Source: Scenedesmus sp. PABB004 (lineage: Eukaryota). Taken from it: DNA of 64,000 bases. How positions within the stretch are numbered: position 1 is the stretch's first letter; every line of letters starts with the position of its first letter. Of this stretch, positions 1-11,319 are shown in pieces. Position numbers and translations under genes: made by a program. The stretch spans positions 1,054,001 to 1,118,000 of the forward strand of contig JABVCE010000005.1 in NCBI GenBank assembly GCA_014905635.1, written 5' to 3'. The notes below the pieces were generated by a model that was given only the letters and a program-made list of their open reading frames with translations, did no database searches and had not been told where the DNA came from.

Positions 1-138
1 GTCGACGGCGAGCACGAGCGCGGTCCACTGGCTGAACACGAGGCCGACGCCCTCCTCGAAGCCCGCCCGCGCGGCGGGCGTGAGGACGGGCGCAGGGGCG
101 CCCGCCGCGCCCGTGCGGGCGCCACTGCGCAGGTCCAT
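1..138 (-). CDS. TSR2: Pre-rRNA-processing protein TSR2, 5' part (runs off window start)
   Basis: Minus-strand ATG at 138 reads MDLRSGARTGAAGAPAPVLTPAARAGFEEGVGLVFSQWTALVLAVD, resembling the TSR2/WGG-domain N-terminal helix (F.EG..L....WTAL..AV). Confidence 0.7.
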   Translation of the reverse strand, partial: MDLRSGARTGAAGAPAPVLTPAARAGFEEGVGLVFSQWTALVLAVD

Positions 139-533
139 GGCGGCGCGGTGCCGGGCGGAAGCGGCGGCGGCGGCTGCTGCCGGCGGCCGCTGCTGCTGCT
201 GGCGCGCGGGCGCGCAGGCGCTGTGCAGGAGGTCTCCGAGGGCGGCGCGCGTGAGTGCGGAGCGGGGTCGAGGGCGGCGGCGGCGGTGCGCTGCGCACCT
301 AGGGAGCAGCGCCGAGCGGCCGCTGCTGCCTAAGCCCTCGCGCGCCCCTGTCACGCGCCGCTTGGCCCTCCCGCCCGCCGTGCGCCGTCCCCAGACCACG
401 CTCGTACCGGTGGGAGCGCGGCACGCGGATCCAGGCGCGGCGGCGGCGGCGGCGTCAGCGGCAGCAGCGGCGCGCGCAGAACAGTCCATGCTGTGAGCCC
501 CGCCCGGCCCGCGGGGGCCGGTTTCGGACTTCC

Positions 534-3500
534 ATGAGCGACAGCGACAGCGAGGGTGGGGGGCTGGGCCTGGGAGGCATCCTCTGGGGCAACCTGGGCG
601 CCGGCGATGAGGTCGAAGCGGACTACCTGGACAGGGTGAGCCCGCAGACGCGCCCCGAGCCTGAGCCGGCGGCCCGGTCCCGCGGCACGCGTCCAGCAGC
701 GCCGCGCAGGCCCGCGCGCCGCCGCCGGCGCTGCCGCGCTGCCGCCGCTGCTGCTGCTGCGTTGCCGGCGCCGGCATGAGCAGGGGCTGGGGGCGCCGCC
801 GCGCGCACGGCGCTCACGGCCGCCGCTGTGTCCGCCGGTGCGGCACGGCTTTGCAGGACGCGCTCAAGGCGCTGGGCAAGGTCAAGCAGATCATCAACGC
901 CGATGGCGGCGACCTGCTGGTGCGCGGTGCAGTGGGGGCCAGGGCTGCGCCGCCGCCCGTGCGCCACAGCGGCGCGTGGCAGCAGCAGCGCACCACAGCC
1001 TGCGCCCCGCCTCACGCAGGCCTCCGCCGCGAGCGGCGCCGCGGCGCCGGCGCCGGCGCCGCCGTCGTCGGCCGCGGCGGCCGGCGCGGGCGGCGCCGAC
1101 GCGTCCGCGCTGGACTACGCTGACGAGCCCACGCTGCCGGAGGACCTGGAGGACATCCCCGAGCTGCGCCCCGGCCGGCCCGGCGCCGCTCCCATGCCCG
1201 CGGGCCCGGGGTGAGCCAGCAGCTCGCTGCGCGCCGCGCGGCGCGGCGCCCGCGCTCGCACGAGCACCAAGCCGCCGCCGCCGGTGGCGCGCTGCGCGCA
1301 GGGGCCTCGTGGCGGGCGAAGATGACTATGACGATGACGAGCCGCCAGCAGCAGCACCAGCAGCAGCACCAGCAGCACCAGCAGCACCAGCAGCAGTGGC
1401 AGCACGGCCAGAGGTGATCGCCGCGGCGGCCGCGGCGGCGGCGGCGGTCCGGCGCGGCGCCGTGGCCCTGCCCTCGGGCGCGGCCGGCTCGTACGACGCG
1501 GCAGCGGCAGCGGCGGCGACGGCGGTGGCGTCCACGCCCCCGGCGCGCTCGCGCTGGCGGGGCTCGGCGCTGGCGCGCTCGCCGCGTCACCGTCGCAGCA
1601 GGCGCTGCTGGCGGGCCCCAGCGGCGCGGCGCTCATCTCGCCCGGCAGCTACCTCGCCGCGCTGCAGGGCCACCAGGCGCTCGCGGCGCCCGGCGGTTTC
1701 GCCGCGGCACCCGGTGCGCCGGCGCCCGCACCGGCGGCGCCGGCGCTGACGCCCGCGCAGGCGGCGGCGGGCGCGGCGCGGCTCGCGCTCGTGCGCGCGA
1801 CGCCGGCGCAGGAGGCGCGGCAGGGGGAGCTGGCGTTTGTTTACCTGGACATCCAGGACGGCGGCGAGGACGTGGTGCACTTCAGCGAGCTCTTTGCGCC
1901 CTCCGAGACGGCGCTGCGGGTGCGTGCGGCGCAGCGTGGGAGGGAGGGGCCGCCCGCCGCGGCCGCGCGCGGCGCGTGCGCCACCGTGGACGGCGGCCCA
2001 CGCGCGGCGCGCCCCGCCCCGCCTGGCCGCCGCCGCCGCCGCCGCCGCTGCCGCAGAGCTCGCTGATTGAGGCAATGGGCAAGAGCGCGGAGAGCCACGA
2101 GCAGGCGCTGGACCGCGCCCGCGCGCGCGCCGAGCGCTTGCGCCACCGCCAGCAGGCCGCGCTCGCGCAGGCGGCGGCGGCCGCCGAGGCGGCGGTCGCG
2201 GCGGCCGCGCCGGCCGACGACGACGACGACGACGCCGGCAGCCCGCGCGCCGACGGCGGCGGCGTGCCGCATGGCGGGCCGCGGCTGCTGCCGAGCGGCG
2301 ACTACGCGCCGGAGGCGGCTGAGAGCGACGCGGCGCTGTTCGGCGCCGCGGCCGCGGGCGAGGGCGAGGGCGGCCTGCTCGGCCGCCGCGCCGCGGGCCC
2401 CGGCGGCGGCGAGGTTGACGAGCTGAGTGACGCCGAGGAGGAGCTGTTCATAAACAACTCAGGTGCGCCACGCCGGCCGGGTCGCTGCCCACACACGGCC
2501 TGCCGCGCCGCCGCACGGCGGGCCGGGCGCGCCGGCTCCCGGCAGCCAGGCGCAGGGGCGCCGCGGAACGCGGCCGCGCTGCGCGGTCGCTCACGCCGCG
2601 CCGCCGCCCGGCGCCGCAGGGCTGGGGCGTGCGATGCTCGAGGCGGCCAAGGTCAACGCGGCGGCGGCCGCGGCGGCGGCGGCGGCCGAGGCGGCGGCCG
2701 CGGCCGCCAAGCGCGCGGCCGACGCGGACGCAGGCGGCGGCAGCGAGGACGGCGGCGCCGCTGGCAGCGGGGCGGGCCAGGGTGCTGCGCGGTCGGGCCT
2801 GTGCGCCAACCCGCATGGCCTGGACTCGCTGGACGCCGGCATGCTGCCGGAGTGGGAGTCGGGCATCGTGTGGGGAGCCACCCGGCCGGGCCGCGCTGCT
2901 GCAGAGGCCGGCGGCGGCGCCGGTTCAGCGGAGGCCGCCGGCGGCGGTGGCGGCCCAGACGCGGCGGCGGCGGCGGCGGCTGCGGCGGCTGCAGCGGCTG
3001 CGGCGGCGGCAGCCGCCCTGCACTCACAGCACCCGCAGCACCCGCAGCAGCAGCAGCAGCAGCCCGGGCTGCCCGGCGCGTCGGGCTTTGCGCAAGCACA
3101 CCAGCAGCAGCTGCTGCCGGGTGCGGGCTCGGTGCTGCCGGGCGCGCCGTCGGGCCTGCCCGGTGCGGGCAGCGTGCTGCCTGGCGGCATGCCGCCGCCG
3201 ACGGGGCTGCCGCCGGGCGGCTCGGTGCTGGGAGCACCGGGCATGTCGGACGGCTCCCTGTTGCCGGGCGGCAGCATGCTGCCGGGTGCCAGCATGCTGC
3301 CGGGCGGCGGGGGCAGCATGCTGCCCGGCGGCTCCCTCATGCCTCAGCCGTCCGGCCTGCCGGGGGCGGACGCGGCGGCGGCCGCTGCCGGCGACACCGG
3401 CGCGGCGGCAGCTGCAGCGGCAGCCGCGGCGGCCGGCGCTGCCGCGCCGGCGGGCGGCGGCGCCTCTGGCCGGGGCAGGGGCGGCCGGGGGCGGGCGGCG

Positions 3501-6500
3501 CGGCACGCGCCGGGCGCGCAGCTGGGCAAGCCGCGGCGGCCGCTGGAGGCGGCGCTGAACGAGCTGAAGACCCACAAGCACATGCTGCGACTCATGCCGC
3601 CCCTCTCGGCCGCGGCGGGCGCCGACGGCGGCCACGCCGGCGGCGGTGGCGACGCGGCGGCCGCGGCCGCCGCCGCGGCGACGGGCGACCGCGCCGCGGT
3701 CGCCGCGCTCGCGCCTGCGCGGTCCTGGGGCGCCGCCGCCGCGGCCGGCGGCCGGCAGCAGTCGCTGCTTGACCCTGCCGCGCTCGCGGCGGCGGGGGCG
3801 GCGGAGCAGCTGCGCCTGAAGCACGTCCCCGAGCTGCTGGCCAGGGAGTTCCGGCCCGCGCTGCCCGACGACGACGCGTGGCTGGACGAGGTGGTGTGGG
3901 ACCGCGACCAGGAGGCGCAGCGCGGCGTCGTCGCCCGCGCCGCCGCGGGCGACGACGCCGCGTCGGCGGCGCAGCCGCAGCCGCCGCCGGCGCAGCAGCA
4001 GCAGCCGCAGCAGCAGCAGGAGCAGCAGCAGCAGCAGACGCAGCAGACGCAGCAGCAGCAGCACGGCGGCGCGGCGGGCCAGCAGGTGCTGGCGCTCGTG
4101 CCGTCGTCCGCGCGCGGCGCGCGGCTGGGCGGGCGGCGTCGTCGGCGCCGGCGGGCGTGGGCGCGTGCTATGGGACCTGAACGACCCGCTCATGGTCTTT
4201 GAGGCGGCGCAGCCGGGCGCGTTTGCCGCCGCCGCGGCGGTGGTGCAGCAGGCGCCGCCCAAGGTGCGCGCGCGGGGGCGGCCGCGCGCGCGCGCGCGTC
4301 CTCGCGCGCGCGCGCCGCGCGCTCCCGCCCTCACCCCGCCGCCGCGCGCCCTGCCGCGCCCGCGCCCGCACCGCGCTCCCAGGCGGTGGTGCACCTCCCG
4401 CCGCACCTGCTGTCGGAGAGCGACCCGCTGCTGCGCGCGCTCGCGCCGCTGCACATCAGCGGCGACCACCTCTACGCGCTCAGCGAGCGCGGCGGCGGCC
4501 GCGCGACGGGCACGGGCAAGCACACGCGCATGGCGACCGACTTCCAGTTCAGCCTCATGCCAACCTTCCCCAAGGACGCCTTCACGCCGCAGTGGCACCG
4601 CCCGCGCGCGCGCCGCGCCGCGCGCCGCGCGCGCGCCGGCGCCGCGCGCGCGCGCGCCGGCCGCGCCGCGCCGCGCGCGCGCGCGCGCGCGCGCGCGCCG
4701 GCGCGCGGCGCCGCCCGCCGCCGCCGCGCCGCCGGCGCGCGGCGCAGGTACTGGTGGAGCGCGCCCAACCTCCTCTTCGCGCTCATGGGCCGCCAGGCGG
4801 AGCGCGACGCCAAGGGCGCGGGCCGGCCGCGCGGCGGGCCGCTCAAGTTTGAGGCGGTCAGCCTCACGCTGCGCCGCGGCAAGACCGCGACCGCGCCCGA
4901 CGGCAACGCAGACCTGGCGGAGGTCTGGCAGGTGCGGCACCGCCGCGCGCGCGCGCGCGCTGGGCCGCAGCCGCCGCCGCGGCGCCCGGCACGCCCCCGG
5001 CTCGCGCGGCGCGCGGCGCGTCCGCGCACGCGGCGGCGTGACGTGCGCCCGCCCGCCGTCCGGTCCAGGTCGTGTCGTCGAGCCGCACGTTCAAGGACGC
5101 CGCCGCGGCCGAAATGCCGCGCCTGTTTGGGCCGGGCCCCACCTACGAGCTCATGGGCGGCTTCGGGACCTGGCTGGAGCTCGACAGGCGCGCAGGGCCG
5201 CCCCCTCCCGCCGCGCGCCGCCGCGCGTAGCACACGCGCTGCCCCTGCGGCGGCTGTGGCGCCGCGCGGCCGCGCGCGCCGCCGCGCACGTGCCGGGCCT
5301 GACTGCCCGCGCCGCCCGCCGGCGTGGCGTCCGCGCAGCCCGCTGGCGTCGCTGGGGTTCAGCCCGGGCGCCAACTTCATGGTCCCCGTGTGGAGCGCGG
5401 TCGCGCCGCTGCGCACGGCCGCCGTCGGCGGCCTGCTGCCCGCGGACCTGCCCTGCCGGTGCGCGCCCGCGCGCTGCGCTGCGCCGCGCCGCGCCGCTCC
5501 GCGCGCCGCGCCGCTGCCCTGCCCCTTCTCCTGCGCCTCCTGCTGCATCCAACGCCTCCCGCCCGCTGCCCCCTCGCCCCGCCCGTCCGCGCCGGCCAGG
5601 CCGCCGGCGGCGTTCAAGACGCTCAAGTCGCTCAGCGCGGCGAGCCCGGGGCACGTGCTGCTGCTGGAGTACCTCGAGGAGCGCCCGATGCTGCTCCTGC
5701 AGCCCGGCATGGGCGTGCGGCTGACGACGTACTACCGGTGCGCGCGCCCCGCCGCGGCGGCACCGGCGGCACCTGCGGCACTCAGGGGGCCGCGGGGCTT
5801 GGCCTGACGCGCGCGTGCGCGCGCGGCGCAGGCGCAAGAACGAGGCCGACATGCACTACCAGGCGCTGCAGGCGGAGTACAGCGAGGGCCTCCTCGCGCG
5901 CCAGGCGCGGCGCCGCGGCACAGCACGTGCAGCCGCGCGCGCTGCGCCGTGCCGGCCCAGCAGCGCCCGCCCGCCGACGCCGCACCGCGCCTGACACCCC
6001 GCCGCCCCGCCGCGCGCCGCCGCAGGCGCTGCCGCTGACGAGCGCGGACCGCTTTGACGCGCGGCCGCCGTGGATGGTGGGCACGCCGCAGCTGCTCACG
6101 CCGGACGACCCCTCGCCCTTCTACGAGCTCGCGCCCATCCCGCCCGGGGAGATGCAGTTTGCCGTCGACACGCCCTGCTTCAGGCCCGGCGCCGCGCCCG
6201 CGCCCGCGCCCGCGCGCCGCCCCGTCCCGTGCCCGCGCCGACCCGCGCCCGACCACCGCGGCGCGCGTCCGGCAGCCGCGGCCGCCGCTGACACCGCGCG
6301 CGCGCGTCGCGCCCGCGCCCGCGGCGCGCAGGGCGCCCGCGGTGCCGCACGTGGGCAGCGCGAGCGACTTCCTGCTCGTGCGCATGCCCGCGGGCCAGCA
6401 CGCGCTGCGCGAGCTCACCGGCGCCGTGGCGGTGGGGCAGCAGCACCCCAGCCTCGCAGTCTGGCCGCCCATGAGCGCCGAGGCGCAGAACTACGAGCGC

Positions 6501-9500
6501 GCGCGCTTCAAGGCACGCGGCGCCGCGCCGCCCGACCGCACGCCCGCCGCGCCGCCGCGCCCCGGGCCCTCCTCCCCGCTCCCCGCCCGACCGCCGCGTC
6601 CGCCCCGCCCCCGCCCGCGCCGCGCGCGCCGTCGCCGCGCAGGCGCACGTCGTGCGCACGCTGCGGGCGCGCATGGACAAGCCCAACGTGAAGGCCGGCA
6701 AGGCCGTGGCGAGCGTGAGCCTCGCCGAGCTGCTGGCCGCGTTTGAGGGCATGTCCATCGCGACGCGCGAGGGCCTCAGCCGCCTGCTGCGCGAGGAGTG
6801 AGCCGCCGCGCCGCCGCGCCGCCGCGCGGGCGCGCGCGCGCGGCGGCCTGCCGCCCGGCCGCCGCGCCGACGCTGCCGCCGTCGCCTGCCGCCGCCGCGC
6901 CGCGCCGCAGCTGCGCGTGCATGCCGCTGCCGGACAAGCCCGACCACTGGGTGCTGTCGCCGGGCGCGAAGCTGCCGCTGGAGACGGACCTGCGCAAGGA
7001 GGTGCGGCCGCGCCGCGCTGCTCGAGCAGCCCCGCCCCGCGCCCAGCCCCGGCAGGCCCAGCACGTGCTGCAGCATGTGCCACGCGCGCCCCGACCGCCG
7101 CCCCTGCCCGGCGCGCGCACGCGCCGCCGCCGCTGCCCCTGCGCCCGCAGCTGTCGCCGGACCAGGCCATTCAATACGAGGCGCTGCTCGCGGGGCTGGG
7201 CCAGCGCATCGTGTGGGGCGTGGAGGCGGACCGTGTCGCCTCCGCGCTCGAGGCCGCGGGCGGGCCGACCTCGGCCGTGCTGCGCCTCGCGCTGGACATG
7301 CTGCTGCCAGACGAGGCCGGCCGCCAGGCCGCGGCCGCGATCGAGCAGTGCGTCCTGGTGCGTCGCCTCGCTCGGCTGCTCGAACACAGGCTTTGCGCGC
7401 CCGGGTCCCCCCCCCCGCCCACCCGTCTGCCACCGCCGCTGCGCCGCCGCCGCGCCCGCCGCAGAACCCGCCGTGGGCGCAGTCGGCCGCGTACCACGGC
7501 GCGCTGCGCGAGGGCCGCGCGCCGACGCCGCTCGTGGTCAAGGGCCGCGCCGACCCCACGGGCCGGGGGCGCGGCTTTGCGTACACGCGGGAGGACCCCA
7601 AGAAGAGCAAGGACGAGGCCGCGCCGCCGTCGGGGCTCAAGGCCGCCGCAGACGGCCAGATCACGGGTGCGTGCCTCTCTGCGCGCGCGCGTCCGCGCGC
7701 GCTCGTGGGCCCGGCGGCCGGGCCCGAGGGGCGGCCCGCGTGACGGCCGCCGCGGCCGCCGCGCAGGCACGGACGCGGACCTGCGGCGCCTGCCGTACAA
7801 GCGCGCGGGCGAGCTGCTCGTCACGCGGTTCAACATGGACCCCGTGGCCGTCACCAACCTCGCGCGCTGGGACCGCATCGACGCCATCCGCCGGTGCGCG
7901 CCCGCCGCCCGCGCCCGCGCCGCCGCCCGCGCCCGCGCCCGCCGCGCGCCTCCCTCGCTCCTCCCTCATCCGCCCCGGTCCGACCTCGCCCGCCGCCCGC
8001 GTCCGCCCCGCCCGGCCAGCGCGGTGCGCGACCCGCAGTTTGCTGCGATGGTCAACGCCGACCCCGAGCTGCGCGCGTACGTGCGCAACGTCAAGCTCAG
8101 CGTGGAGGACCAGAAGGCCAAGATGCGCGTCGCGGCGGCGCCCATCTTTGCGGCCCAGGCGCGCGCGCGCGCGCGCTGCTGGCGCGGTTTCAGCGTCGAC
8201 CCGCGGCACCCGCCGTTGCGGGGCCGGGTCGTCCCTGACACGCTGCGGGCGCGCGCCGCCGCCGCGTGCCGCAGATGAACGCGCTGCACGAGCCCTGGGG
8301 CGACGACGCGCTGAGCGAGGAGGCGTCCTGGGGCGCGAGCCCCGCGCTCGCGGCCGCCGCGGCGGCCGAGGCGGTCGCCGACACCGCGGCGTCGGGCGGC
8401 GTGGCCGCGCCGGCGGGCCTCGCGCGGCTGCTGCCCGGGCAGGAGATCGACCTGGGCGTCGCCTACCGCGGCACGGCCAAGGTGACGCGCGGCGGGCAGG
8501 GGGAGGGGCGGGCTGCCCGCTGCCCGCGCGCCGCCGCTGTGCCGCGCGCCCGCCCGCGCCTCGCTGACCGCGCCGCCGCCCCGCGCTCCGCGCCGCGCTG
8601 CACGCCGCGCCGCGCAGCCGCCTGTGCGCGGGCGCCAGGCGGTTGCGCTGCCGGGCGAGCGGCGCGTGCGGCGCGTGATCACGTACCGCACCGCCGGCGG
8701 CGGCATCGTGCGGCGCGAGCTCATCATCGGCGGGCGCGAGGACCTCACCGCGCTCAACGCGATGGCCCGCCGCAGCGACGGCTTCGGCGAGCAGCACAAC
8801 CCGCCCAAGTCTGGTGCGGCGCAGCTGCTGCCGCCGCCGCAGCCGCGCCGCGCGCGCGCGCGGTGCGGGCCGCGCCCGCCGCGCCCGCACGCCCGCCCAC
8901 GCGCCCGCCCGCCCGCCCACCCGCCGGCCGCGGCGCAGGCCAGCGCGCCCGCTACGCGCGCTCCGTGCCGCTGGGCGCGTCGTTCGTGCCCGTCGTGCGC
9001 AGCCAGGACGCGGAGCTGCCGCCGGAGCCGTCGGCCGCGCCGCCGCCGTCGGCGCGCGCGTGGGCGGCGTCGGGCAGCTACCCCACGCTGCAGGACGTCA
9101 CCGCCGCGGCCGCGGCGGCGGCGGGCGGCGGCTACGCGCCCGCGCCCGACGGCGCCTACGCCGCGCCGCCGGTGCCGCGCGCGCCCGGCCGGCCGGGGCG
9201 GCGGGCGCGGGCGCGGGCGCGGCCGCGCCGCCGACCCGGCCGCCGCGGCGGCGCGCGCGGCCGCGGCCGCCGCCGCGCGCGCCGCGGCGCTCGCCGCGGC
9301 GGCGGCCAAGAAGCGCAAGCGCGGCGGGCGGCGCCGCGCGGACGACTTTGACGGCAGCGACGAGGACTTTGACGTGCGCGCCGCGCCGCGCCGCGCCGCG
9401 CCACGCCGCGCGCTGGCCTCGCTGCCGCGCTCTCAAGACGCAGCCGGCCCGGCTGCTGCTCCGACGCCCCCTCTTCACCTCACCCCCCCCCCCCCCCCTT

Positions 9501-10838
9501 TCCCCGGCGCCGCTTGCTCCCCGCGCCGCCGCAGATGTCCGACCTGACCGACAGCGAGGCCGAGGCCGCAGCAATGGGCGAGAGTGACGACGACAGCCCC
9601 ACCGCCGCGCGCGCGCCGCGCGTCAAGCGCCCGCGCGCCGCGGCGGCGGGCGGCGGCGCCGACGGCGGCGGCGCGGCCGCGCCCGCCGCCGGCGCCGCGG
9701 CGGGCCCGCCCGACACGGCCCCCGGCGCGGCGGCCGACGCGTCGGCGCGCATGCGGGGCGCGCTGGAGGAGCTCAACTTCAGGCGCGGCGCACCGGCGCG
9801 GCGCGGGCGGCCTCCCTTCGCCCTCCCACCCCGGCCCGCCCCGCGCGCGCCGCCCGCGCTCACGCGCCGCCGCCGACCGGTCGTCGCCGCGCTCCGCCAG
9901 GTTTGCGCGCGCGCTGGAGGTGGTGATCCGGCACCAGGCGTCGCGCGCGCGGTTTGGCATGCTGAAGCACATCTTTGAGCGCCCCGTCAGCCTGCTGGTC
10001 GTGCCCGACTACGAGGCCTTCGTCCCGCCCGACCGCCAGATGTGGCTGCTGCGCATCAAGGAGCGGGTGAGGCGCCAGGCGTGCCTGCTGCGCTCGCACG
10101 CGGGCCGCGCGCGAGCCCTGCGCTGTGCGGCTGTACGCGCCGCAGCGGCCGACGCTGCGGCTCGCCCGCCGCCCGCCCACGACGCTCCCCCTCCCCCGCC
10201 CTGCCACGTGTCACCCCCGCCCGCCAGGTGCAGCGCTGCTTCTACGCCAGCTCGGCCGAGTTCCTGGCGGACGTGCAGGCCGTGGCCGACGCGGCGGCCG
10301 CATACAACACGCCCGGCGTCGGCGGGCGGCAGGCGACGCCGGCGCTCATCCCGCTCGCGGCCAGCCTGGTCGACGAGGCGCGCAAGGGCCTCGCTCAGCA
10401 GGCCGACCTCGCCTACTGGGAGCAGCGCGTCGCGGTGCGCTCGCGCGCGCCGCGCGCGCCGGCGGCGCCGGGGCCGCGGCGCACGCGCCGACCGCCCGGC
10501 GCCGCGCCGCGCCGCCGCCGCAGATCGAGCGCGTGCGGCAGAGCGGGCCCGAGGCGTTCGCGGGGCTGCTCGCGCGCGCGCTGCGCGACGCCGCGGCGCT
10601 CGGCGACGCGCCGCCGTGCTGGCGCTGGGTCGGGTGCGAGGCGTGCGCGCAGTGGCGCCTGCTGAGCGACGCGGCGGTGTACGAGATGGGCCTGCTGGCC
10701 GAGGACTCCAAGTTCTACTGCGAGGCCAACGCCGACCGCCCCGGCGGCGCGGGCTGCGCGGAGGCGCCCGAGTGGACCGACGCCGCCGGCGGCGGCGATG
10801 GCGGCGGCGGGGGGGAGGCGGAGGAGGCGGCGGGCTGA
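534..10838 (+). CDS. TAF1: Transcription initiation factor TFIID subunit 1 (about 25 exons): N-terminal TBP-binding motif, central TAF1 domain with ubiquitin-like insert, one bromodomain, C-terminal CW-type zinc finger
   Basis: Spliced peptides: GGILWGNL...EADYLD (534-635), LWDLNDPLMVFE (~4168), WHRPRA, VLLLEYLEERPMLLLQPGMGVRLTTYYR (5655-5737), DFLLVR, ADPTGRGRGFAY (~7550), GTDADLRRL, RWDRIDAIR, bromodomain (9900-10430, ...PDY...AYN), WVGCEACAQWR (~10626). Stop TGA ends at 10838. A few frameshifts occur in low-complexity parts. Confidence 0.92.
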
Positions 10839-11319
10839 GCGGCCGCGCTCGGGGTCGCGCGGGGGGGGGGGGGGGTGCTGCTCGGGGCGCGGCGGCGCGC
10901 TGAAACAACGCGCGCTCGCTGGTTGCAAGAACTCGCACCGGCAACGCCCCGACGGCCCCGGGCGTGGGCTCCCGAGCACGCGCAGCCGCCGCCCAGCCGC
11001 AGGCGCTGGCCGCCCTTCCCGTACGCCCCGCCCCTCTCGCCTGCGCGCGCGGCGCTGCGCAATCCGGTCCCAGCCCGCCCGCGGCCTGCACGGGGTCCGC
11101 GGCAGCAGTGCGCCCCGCCCCCTGCCCCGCCTGCCTAGCGCCCCGCCCCGCCCCGGCCCCGCCAATGCGCCCCAAAAAAACGAGCCGCCGCGCCGCGCCC
11201 GCGCTGCCGCTGCAGCGCGCGCTGCGCCGGCGCCGCCCCCGCCGCGCCGCGCCGCCGCCCGCCGCCCGCCGCCGGCGCCGCGCCGCCGCCGGCGCGGCGG
11301 CGGCGCCGGCGGCGGACAC

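Noticed and set aside
4601..4747. TAF1 intron with no in-frame GT or GC donor (possible novel donor type)
   Set aside because: The region is almost pure CG repeat where sequence error is likely, so the donor cannot be defined.
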